Assembly (NCBI GenBank): GCA_963813155.1
Contig: CAWEYG010000013.1
Coordinates: forward strand, 1-15,219
Source: an uncultured Acidobacteriota bacterium
GTDB taxonomy: Bacteria > Acidobacteriota > Thermoanaerobaculia > UBA5066 > DATFVB01
DNA: 15,219 bases
Direction of reading: 5' to 3'
The notes under the pieces are model-generated. The model did no database searches. It worked only from the letters and a program-made list of their open reading frames with translations, and was not told the DNA's origin. Position 1 is the first letter of the stretch, and each line of letters opens with the position of its first letter. The position numbers were made by a program, and so were the translations under genes. Positions 7,994-15,219 of this stretch are shown here, one piece after another.

Positions 7994-8923
7994 TCAGTTG
8001 GGCGGCGGAGGCGGATTCTCCTCGTGCACGCTCGGAACGTAAGGAATGTGGTTGTCGTCGGGCGGCGACGTTGGCGAGTTCGCGGCCGGGGGCGCATAGC
8101 CCTGGACGGGAGTGTACGCGGGCGGTGCGGGCGCGCCGGCGGGAGGCGCGGCCGGCGCGGGCGCGGCAGCCGTCGCGGCCGCCTCGGCCGAATGCTTCGC
8201 CATGACCGACGCGGCCTCCCCCGACTTCTCCGCCTTCGCCGTCGTCACGGCCGACGACCATTTCGGCAGGAAGCGAAGCGAGGCCGCCCGAGCGGGCATC
8301 GCGAGAGTTGCCGTGAACGTCGTGACGGAGCCGGCTTCGAGAGTTCCCGCGGCCACGTTTGCGTTCGTCGATGCGAGCGTCTTGCCCTTGTCGTCTTTTC
8401 CCATCACAAGCATCGAGATCCCGTCCGCCGAAGCGGAGCCGGCATTTCGCAAATTTCCCTTGACCGACAGAGACCCGTTCTCCGCTTTCTGTTCCCAATC
8501 GACGACCTCGACGCGGGCGTCTCCGTCGCCGGCGTCCTTCGTCCCCTCGTCCGCCGCGACGTAGGGATGCGAGACCTCGTCGTCCCCGACCTTGAGCCGG
8601 GCCTTGGGCGCGTTCTTCTGGGCGCGCGCCGCGTCCGCCGGGGAGACCACCGTGTCCGCGGCGTCGTCGCTCTTCTTCGCGACGCTGCGGGCGCGCGCGG
8701 CTTGCGTCGCGGCGCGGTCGATTTCTCCCGCGGCGACCGAAAGAACGGTGCCGTCCTTCAACGTCAAGACGGCCTGCGAGCCGCGAATGACGTACGGTTT
8801 CGAGAGCTCGAGAGTCTTGCCGCCCCGCAGGACGATGAGCTCGGATGCCGTGGCGGCCGAAGCGCCGGCGAGAAAAACCGCAATGCCGAGCGCGAAGATC
8901 CGGATCGAAAGGACTCTGGTCAT
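7994..8923 (-). CDS. Exported hypothetical protein with FxLYD-like Ig domain and Pro/Ala-rich tail, 309 aa
   Basis: Signal peptide (IFALGIAVFLAGASAATA-SE), beta-rich N-domain, a VKGNLRNAG...GKDDKGKTL...TLEAGSVTTF pattern, and a C-terminal low-complexity PAPAAPP region. Confidence 0.75.
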   Translation of the reverse strand: MTRVLSIRIFALGIAVFLAGASAATASELIVLRGGKTLELSKPYVIRGSQAVLTLKDGTVLSVAAGEIDRAATQAARARSVAKKSDDAADTVVSPADAARAQKNAPKARLKVGDDEVSHPYVAADEGTKDAGDGDARVEVVDWEQKAENGSLSVKGNLRNAGSASADGISMLVMGKDDKGKTLASTNANVAAGTLEAGSVTTFTATLAMPARAASLRFLPKWSSAVTTAKAEKSGEAASVMAKHSAEAAATAAAPAPAAPPAGAPAPPAYTPVQGYAPPAANSPTSPPDDNHIPYVPSVHEENPPPPPN

Positions 8924-8976
8924 GGTTACCCCCGGCCAAAAATTTTACACCCGTTTCCATGCGATACTCTCCCGCG

Positions 8977-11466
8977 ATGCTCAACCGGCTGCGGAGCACC
9001 CTCTCGGCCGATGATCGACTCCTGCTGGACCGGGTCCGAGAAAAACAGTGGAAATCCTCCGCCGAGCGGGACGATCTGCTCCGCCAGGTCTCCACGCTGA
9101 AGGGCCTCTCCTCCGACGACATCTCGGGCCTCCTGATCGACGCGGACCCCGCCGTCCGGTCGGCCGGGCTCGCGATTCTCGAATCGCTGCCGAAGGACTC
9201 GGCCGGGGCATCCCTTCTGTTCACGCTCACGAAACAACCGGAGGCGGCCCAGAAGAAAACTTTCGAGATGTACGTCGCGACGGCGGGAGGCGAGATCACG
9301 CCCGACCGCTTCGCCGAGCTCGTCGCCGATCGCCGGCCCCAGATCGTGACGGCCGCAATCGAATGGGTCCACGAGCATCCGAATCCGAAGTACCTGGCCA
9401 TGCTCTCGCTGCCGCTCTCCTCGGGAGCCCAGGCCCCTCTTCGCCGAAAAGCCCTGCAGGTGATCGAAAAGATCGGGACGCCGCTCGCGGCGAAAGCGGC
9501 GGCGGTGGCCGCCGAGGACGAGGACGAGGAGGTCCGGTTCCGCGCGATCGGGCTCGTCGCGAAATTCGCCGGCGAGGAGTTTCTGCCGCTCCTTCTGAAA
9601 GCCGCCGCGGACTCCTCGGCGCGCATCCAGCAGATCGCGGCCCAGGGAGCCCGTCCGCTGCTCGCGAGCGGCACCTCGACCTGGCCGGCGCACGTGATCC
9701 CCCTGCTCGCGGACACGAACGCCCGCATTCGAGAGAACGCGATCCAGCTTCTCAAGCCGCAGGACCCGGCCCTGATCGCCGCCGCTTTCGCCGCGTCGTT
9801 CTCGAACGTTTTTGGCCCTCTGCGCGAACGGGGCATCGTCGCCTTCCAGGGCCTCGGAGACCGCTTTCTTCTCGCGCTCGCGGCGATCGCCGACGATCCG
9901 CACGCGGACAGGGCCGTCGCCGCGTTCGCCGCGACGCTCGCCGTCTCCGTCCGGTCGGAGCAAATCGTCCCGCTCTGCATCCGCCTTCTGAAAGAGCATG
10001 ACTGGTGGCTGCGGCACCGGGCATCCGAGGCGCTCTCGGAAATCAAGGACGAACGCGGACTGGCGCCGCTGATCGAGATGCTCGGCGATCGGGAGTCGGA
10101 CCTGACGGCCGCGGCGGCCCTCGGATCCTGGGGCACGCCGAAGGCGCTCCCCGGGCTGCTGGAAGCGTACAAGAAGGGCGCGATCGACCTTCGGCTGGAA
10201 ATTCTCGAAGCGTTTTCGAAGATCCCGGACTCCCGCGTGCCGGCGCTGCTCCAGAACATCGTCGGCGTCGATCCCGAGCCCGTCGTTCGGGAAAAGGCGG
10301 CAAGGCTTCTCCGGGCGCGCCAGGGACTGGGCGGCGAGGGCGACGACGCGCCGGCGGCCCAGAAGCCGTCTCCCGTGGATTTCCGGAGCCTTCCGGAAAT
10401 CGGTCTCGCCGACCTCCTGCGGCACGCGCGCGCCGTGGACGCTTCGGACCTGCACTTCGCCGTCAATGCGATTCCCCACCTGCGGATTCACGGGGAGATG
10501 ACGCCGCTGCCGATCGCTCCGTTCACCCAGGAAGCGACCGAGCGGATGATCTTTCCCATCCTTTCCGACGCGCAGCGCGCCCAGCTGATCGAGGAGAGGA
10601 GCTTCGACTTCTGCTACAAGGCGGGTGCGCTGGGGCGGTTCCGCACGAATTTCTTCTTTCAACGAAAGGGCCTTGACGCGGTCTTCCGCCTCATCCCCAC
10701 GCAGGTCCCGACGGTCGAAGACCTCGGCATTCCCGAATCTCTCTGGGAGCTGACGGAATACTCGCAGGGCCTCGTGCTCGTGACGGGCCCTTCGGGCTGC
10801 GGAAAGACGACGACCCTCGCGGCCTTCATCGATCGGATCAACCGGAGGGAGGCCTCCCACATCATCACGGTCGAAGACCCCATCGAGTACGTCCATCTCA
10901 ACCGCGTTTCGCTCGTCAACCAGAGGGAAGTGGGGACCCACACCGAGTCGTTCGCGAAGGCGCTTCGCCAGTCGCTGCGGGAAGACCCCGACGTGATCAT
11001 GGTCGGAGAGATGCGGGACCTCGAGACGATCTCGCTCGCGATCACCGCGTCGGAAACAGGGCACCTCGTCTTCGGAACTCTTCACACCGCGACCGCGTCG
11101 GGGACCATCGATCGCGTGATTGACGCCTTCCCCGCGGGCCAGCAGGGCCATGTCCGCCAGATGCTCGCGGATTCTCTCAAGGGCGTGATCGCGCAGACGC
11201 TTCTTCCCCGCCGCGACGGGAGGGGCCGCGTCGCCGCCTTCGAGATCCTTCGCAACACCCCGAACCTCGCCGGCCTGATCCGAGAGGCGAAGGGCCACCA
11301 GATTCCTTCCGCCATCCAGACGGGGTCCGCCTCGGGAATGCAGACCATGGACGCCGCGATGTTGAAGCTCGTGCAGGACGGAATCGCGGACCCCCGCGGG
11401 GCATACGACCGGGCGAGCCGCAAGGAAGCGTTCGAGCCGTTCCTCGGGCCGGAGGGCGTCGCGTGA
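8977..11466 (+). CDS. PilT/PilU-family type IV pilus ATPase with N-terminal HEAT-repeat region, 829 aa
   Basis: HEAT units (DADPAVRSAG, DEDEEVRFRA, DSSARIQQIA, DTNARIRENA, EHDWWLRHRA, DPEPVVREKA), then ASDLH, Walker A GPSGCGKTT, TVEDPIE, LREDPDVIMVGEMRD, ETGHLVFGTLH, GMQT. Start ATG 8977 is 6 nt after TACTCT. Confidence 0.93.
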   Translation: MLNRLRSTLSADDRLLLDRVREKQWKSSAERDDLLRQVSTLKGLSSDDISGLLIDADPAVRSAGLAILESLPKDSAGASLLFTLTKQPEAAQKKTFEMYVATAGGEITPDRFAELVADRRPQIVTAAIEWVHEHPNPKYLAMLSLPLSSGAQAPLRRKALQVIEKIGTPLAAKAAAVAAEDEDEEVRFRAIGLVAKFAGEEFLPLLLKAAADSSARIQQIAAQGARPLLASGTSTWPAHVIPLLADTNARIRENAIQLLKPQDPALIAAAFAASFSNVFGPLRERGIVAFQGLGDRFLLALAAIADDPHADRAVAAFAATLAVSVRSEQIVPLCIRLLKEHDWWLRHRASEALSEIKDERGLAPLIEMLGDRESDLTAAAALGSWGTPKALPGLLEAYKKGAIDLRLEILEAFSKIPDSRVPALLQNIVGVDPEPVVREKAARLLRARQGLGGEGDDAPAAQKPSPVDFRSLPEIGLADLLRHARAVDASDLHFAVNAIPHLRIHGEMTPLPIAPFTQEATERMIFPILSDAQRAQLIEERSFDFCYKAGALGRFRTNFFFQRKGLDAVFRLIPTQVPTVEDLGIPESLWELTEYSQGLVLVTGPSGCGKTTTLAAFIDRINRREASHIITVEDPIEYVHLNRVSLVNQREVGTHTESFAKALRQSLREDPDVIMVGEMRDLETISLAITASETGHLVFGTLHTATASGTIDRVIDAFPAGQQGHVRQMLADSLKGVIAQTLLPRRDGRGRVAAFEILRNTPNLAGLIREAKGHQIPSAIQTGSASGMQTMDAAMLKLVQDGIADPRGAYDRASRKEAFEPFLGPEGVA

Positions 11467-12572
11467 GCGAGCGAAACGTCAACCAGATCGACCGTTTCCT
11501 GTCGATTCTCGTCAAGCGGGGCGGCTCCGACCTGCACATGCCGGTCGGCTCGCCCCCCATCATCCGCATCGAAGGGGAAATGGACCGGATCCGCTACCGA
11601 AACCTCGGCGAAGGGGATTTTTACAACATGCTGTCGGCGATCACGCCTCCCGAGCTCTGGGAGAGATTCCAGGCGACGGGCGACGTCGACTTCGCGTACC
11701 AGATGGGTAACGAAGCCCGTTTCCGCGCGAACCTCTTCAAACAGGAACACGGCTCCGCCGCGCTCTTCCGGCTGATTCCTCCGAAAGTTCCGACGGTCGA
11801 GGAGCTCGGGCTCCCTCCGGCGATCGCGAACCTCGCCTTCAACTCGCGCGGACTCGTGCTCGTCACCGGACCGACGGGCTCGGGAAAATCGACGACCCTC
11901 GCGGCGATTCTCGATCGGATGAACAAGAAGCTCAATCGCCACGTCGTGACGATCGAAGACCCCGTCGAGTTCGTTTACGTCAACGACAGGGCGGTCTTCA
12001 CCCAGCGGGAGATCGGTTCCGACGTCGCCGACTTCGCGAGCGGCGTGAAGGCGGCGCTGCGGGAAGATCCCGACGCGCTGCTCGTCGGCGAGATGCGCGA
12101 CCTCGAGACGATCCGGATGGCGCTGACGGCCGCCGAAACCGGCCTGCTCGTCTTCGCCACCCTGCACACGAATTCCGCGGCGAAAGTCATCGACCGCGTC
12201 ATCAACGCGTTTCCGAACGAGGAGCAGGACCAGATCCGGGTCGTCCTCTCGGAATCGCTCAAGGCCGTGATCGCTCAGCAGCTCCTGAGGAAGACGGGAG
12301 GCGGCAGAATCGCGGCGTTCGAGGTGCTGCTCGGTTCCTCCGCCCTCTCGAACTCGATCCGGGAGGGCAAGACCTCGCTCATCAACGCCCAGATTCAGAC
12401 GGGCCGGAGCCGCGGGATGATCTCGATGGACCAGTCGCTCCAGGAGCTCGTCAAGGCCGGATTCGTGACGCACGAACAGGCGCTCGAACGCGCGCTCGAC
12501 AAGGAAACGTTCAAGGCCTTCCTGACGGGCGTCAAGACGCGCCCTCCCGCCGCCGCACCGCCGACCGCCTAG
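11463..12572 (+). CDS. pilT: Type IV pilus retraction ATPase PilT family, 369 aa
   Basis: GSDLH, GPTGSGKSTT, TIEDPVE, LREDPDALLVGEMRD, FATLHTNSA, SNSIREGK. GTGA overlap with the upstream gene. Confidence 0.93.
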   Translation: MSERNVNQIDRFLSILVKRGGSDLHMPVGSPPIIRIEGEMDRIRYRNLGEGDFYNMLSAITPPELWERFQATGDVDFAYQMGNEARFRANLFKQEHGSAALFRLIPPKVPTVEELGLPPAIANLAFNSRGLVLVTGPTGSGKSTTLAAILDRMNKKLNRHVVTIEDPVEFVYVNDRAVFTQREIGSDVADFASGVKAALREDPDALLVGEMRDLETIRMALTAAETGLLVFATLHTNSAAKVIDRVINAFPNEEQDQIRVVLSESLKAVIAQQLLRKTGGGRIAAFEVLLGSSALSNSIREGKTSLINAQIQTGRSRGMISMDQSLQELVKAGFVTHEQALERALDKETFKAFLTGVKTRPPAAAPPTA

Positions 12573-12574
12573 TA

Positions 12575-12847
12575 GTGTCCCGTAACGGAAATCGCTATAG
12601 CGTCGTTCGGAGCGCCGTTGGGTCGGATGCGAGGCGACGCGACGCAGGCGATGCCGAAGCATCGTCGAGGAGCGGCAACGAAGCAGACGGCCCGGCGCCG
12701 CCCGAACCCGATGGGCGTCAGCACATTGAGGGCGATCTCGGCGTTGCGGCTCGGGTCCGATCGCTACGGCATCTGTCCCCTCGCCGCGCCTTGACCTCGA
12801 CCTCAAGCCGCTGACGCGACGCTACAGGGATTTCCGTTACGGGACAC
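12575..12847. mobile_element. MITE-like element, 273 bp, with long TIRs and flanking TA
   Basis: 12573-12605 versus the reverse complement of 12817-12849 matches at 31/33 (tagtgtcccgtaacggaaatc is perfect). TA on both sides. No transposase. Confidence 0.85.
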
Positions 12848-14333
12848 TAGGGCCGCGGTCGGAGCCGCCGGATTCCTCCCATCCCGAAATCCTCGGCGGA
12901 ATAGTGGGACTCCAGGAACGCCGGCAGCAGCCTGCCCGGCGTCTCGAGCGGCGTCCCGCGCCCCCTCAAGACGATCGTCTCGGGATGGTCGCGCAGGATT
13001 CGAGCCTGCTCCGCCTCGAGGCCGCCGACGAGGTAGTGCACCCACAGGTCGGGATTGGAGTACAGGCCTCCCGGAGGAACTCGGTTGGAACGGACGAAGA
13101 GGTTCTGATCGACGCCATAGAGAAAGAGCGGCGAGGAAGGCAGCCCGGCAAGCCGCGCGAGCGCTTCGTCGTCCTCTTTTGAGCTCCAGAAGCTCATCTC
13201 ACCCGCCGACGTGTCGGTCGCGAGAAACGCGGCGTTCAGCAGGATCGAAAGGCCGACGGCTGCTGCCCCGACGACGGTTGCAAGGCCTCCTCCAGCCTCC
13301 CCGTCTCTTCCCGGTGCCCCCTCACCCTTCCCTCTCCCTCGAGGGAGAGGGTGGGACTCCGGAGCGAAGCGACGGAGGACCGGGTGAGGGGGAACCCGCG
13401 CTACGGAGTTCATCGCCTCCCCTGCAGCCACAGCGAGGAGCGGGACGGCCGCGACGAGGTGAACCATCTCGAAATGCGGAAACGCGAGCAGCGCGAAGCC
13501 GGCGCTCAGGCCTGCGAGGAGGAACGTGGCATCTCGAGCGCGGTGGTTGCGGACCGCGAGCGCAATCAAAGCCGCGAGCGGAATGAGGCCGGCCAGAACG
13601 ATCTCCGCCTGCGCGGGCTGAATTCCCAGAGACGTTCGGCCCCGGTAGTAGAGGATCGGTACTTCGAGCGTCCAGCGCAGGAAATCGCGCCCGGCGCCGG
13701 CCGCCAGAAAGAGCAGGAAGAAGGCCGACGGAATCGCGGCGGCCCGCATCACGAACGACGCGAGAAGGCGGCGCTTCCGGAATGCGACCCACGCGGAAGC
13801 GAAGAGAAACGCGAAAAGGGCCGGCTGCTTGATCGAGAGCGCGGCCCCGAACAGCCAGCCGGCGAAACGAATGTCCCGGTCCTCGCCCCGGAGGAGCGCG
13901 GAAAAAATCGGAATGGCGAGGGCGGCCAGGAAAACCTCCGGATAGATCGCGTTCCCGTCCCAGGCAAAGTACACGAACACGAAGAAGAGCCCGGCGCAGG
14001 CGTGGGCCAGGGAGCTCCATCCGCGGGCCTCGGCCGTGCCGGCGAAGAGCGAAAAGGACCGCGGCGACGGGAAGAAGGCCGAGAAGCCGAAGACTTCCGG
14101 CCGCTGAACCCGATCGTCCGGGAAACGCCGGCCAGAAACGCGATCGAAAGGGGCGAATGGACGACCTTGATGTCGCGGTACAGCAACCAGCCCCGCCCCC
14201 ACAGGTACGAGGGAACGAGCACCTCGGGCCAGGCCCGGAATCGGATTCGAAGGCTCAGGGCAGACGCAACCGCGAAGAAGAAGAGGAGAGACGCCCATCC
14301 GCTCGCCCGCTCGCTCCGCAAGCTCGGGCTCAA
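12847..14333 (-). CDS. ArnT/PMT-like (GT-C) membrane glycosyltransferase with two apparent +1 frameshifts (~14101, ~14038); about 494 aa if corrected
   Basis: TTG start overlaps the pilD stop. The N-terminus (WPEVLVPSYLWGRGWLLYRDIKVVHSPL) is in one frame, TM SLRLLGLLPVAAVLFAL in a second, and YPEVF..., AGWLFGAALSIKQ, FPHFEMVHL plus the soluble C-domain in the third. Confidence 0.75.
13316..13392. repeat. Palindromic repeat copy R5, inside the glycosyltransferase reading frame
   Basis: gccccctcaccc-tt-ccctctccctcgagggagagggtgg...gcgaagcg...gggtgaggggg, with the same core and termini as R1/R2/R4. Confidence 0.92.
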
Positions 14334-15097
14334 ACGATGAGTCCCCGGTACCACTCCCAGACCGGCCGAGCCCAGAAATACGCCGCGATTCCGGCGAGGC
14401 CGAGAAAAACGCCAAACGGCAATCGCGTTTTCCAGTCGCCGCCCCGAAACATCATCGCGACTCCCACGACGCTTCCCGAGAGCGAGGCGAACAGGACGGT
14501 GAAGAGAACGCCCGCCGGACCCGTGAACGCCCCGATCGCTCCGAGCATTTTCACGTCGCCCAGACCCATGCCCTCGCGGCGGGTCAGCTTTTCGTACGCG
14601 AACGCGACCGCCCAGAGAACGCCCGCTCCCGCCGCGAGCCCGAGCACGGAGGAGCGCCACGGGAGCCTCCCCGAAAAGAAGGAAAACGCGACGCCGGCCG
14701 CCGCCAGGGGAAGGGTGACCGCATCGGGAAGAATCTGGAAGTCGAAATCGATGAAGATGAGCACGAGACAGGCGGAAAAGAAAACGGCCGCCGCCGCGAA
14801 ATCGACGCCCGACGCCGCGTTCCGCGCCGCGAACGTCCAGAGAATCGCGTTCGCGAGCTCGATCGCCGGGTACCTCGCGGAAATCGGCGCGCGGCAATCG
14901 CGGCACTTTCCGGCAAGCAGCGCCCACGACAGAACCGGAATGTTGTCCCGCGCCCGGATCGGAGCGCCGCAGGCGGGACACCGCGAACCGGGATAGACGA
15001 TCGACCTCCCCCGCGGGATCCTGTGAATGCACACGTTCAGGAAGCTCCCCACGAGCAGGCCCGAGATCGCCGCGAAGAGGACGAGAATCGGGTTCAT
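14330..15097 (-). CDS. pilD: Prepilin peptidase/N-methyltransferase (A24), 255 aa
   Basis: GSFLNVCIHRIP, CPAC...CRDC zinc site, IFIDFDFQILPD, GMGLGDVK, PFGVFL. Start ATG 15097 (MNPILVLF). Confidence 0.95.
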   Translation of the reverse strand: MNPILVLFAAISGLLVGSFLNVCIHRIPRGRSIVYPGSRCPACGAPIRARDNIPVLSWALLAGKCRDCRAPISARYPAIELANAILWTFAARNAASGVDFAAAAVFFSACLVLIFIDFDFQILPDAVTLPLAAAGVAFSFFSGRLPWRSSVLGLAAGAGVLWAVAFAYEKLTRREGMGLGDVKMLGAIGAFTGPAGVLFTVLFASLSGSVVGVAMMFRGGDWKTRLPFGVFLGLAGIAAYFWARPVWEWYRGLIV

Positions 15098-15219
15098 CAG
15101 GGGCTCGCCGGAAACGAGCCGACCGACGAGGACGAGGAGCACGAGCCCGGAGCAGGCCGCCCCGGCGTAGAACGCCCACGGCCGATACACCCAGAGGACC
15201 CTGTGGTCGCCGCCGGGGA
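15097..15219 (-). CDS. 3' end of a probable YfhO-family (GT-C) membrane protein, 5'-truncated by the window
   Basis: PGGDHRVLWVYRPWAFYAGAACSGLVLLVL resembles the YfhO C-terminal pattern (P.G.H.V...Y.P plus a final TM). As written it runs in frame into pilD. Confidence 0.6.
   Translation of the reverse strand, partial: SPAATTGSSGCIGRGRSTPGRPAPGSCSSSSSVGSFPASP

Noticed and set aside
8020-8190. GC-rich quasi-repeats
   Set aside because: They simply encode the Pro/Ala-rich tail of the exported protein.
7983-11298. Long antisense ORFs (988 aa, 790 aa, 496 aa)
   Set aside because: These are GC-rich shadow frames of real genes. Only the last 160 aa of the 988 aa ORF (SixA) is credible.

Overview
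GC-rich bacterial chromosomal window. The gene content and repeat style suggest Acidobacteriota or a delta-proteobacterial-like lineage, which is inference only. From left to right: (1) a 3'-truncated multi-TM HAMP sensor (probable histidine kinase, absent from the ORF track) and its NtrC-family sigma54 response regulator, both on the minus strand; (2) a divergent four-helix-bundle (23S-IVS/Avd-like) gene bracketed by two near-identical palindromic repeats, then a BamE-like membrane protein; (3) icd, divergent from purE-purK-acyl-CoA thioesterase; (4) a ~430 bp highly folded intergenic element; (5) sixA and a secreted FxLYD-like protein; (6) a divergent pair of PilT ATPases, the first carrying a ~450 aa HEAT-repeat N-terminus; (7) a 273 bp MITE flanked by TA; (8) on the minus strand, the 3' end of a YfhO-like gene, pilD and an ArnT-like GT-C glycosyltransferase. 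The most notable signal is one ~75-77 bp palindromic repeat family present at five sites. Two copies are translated in frame inside proteins (PurE N-terminus, glycosyltransferase loop) and two flank the four-helix-bundle gene. Also notable are the HEAT-PilT fusion, apparent leaderless and CTG starts, and four apparent +1 insertions that probably reflect assembly error.
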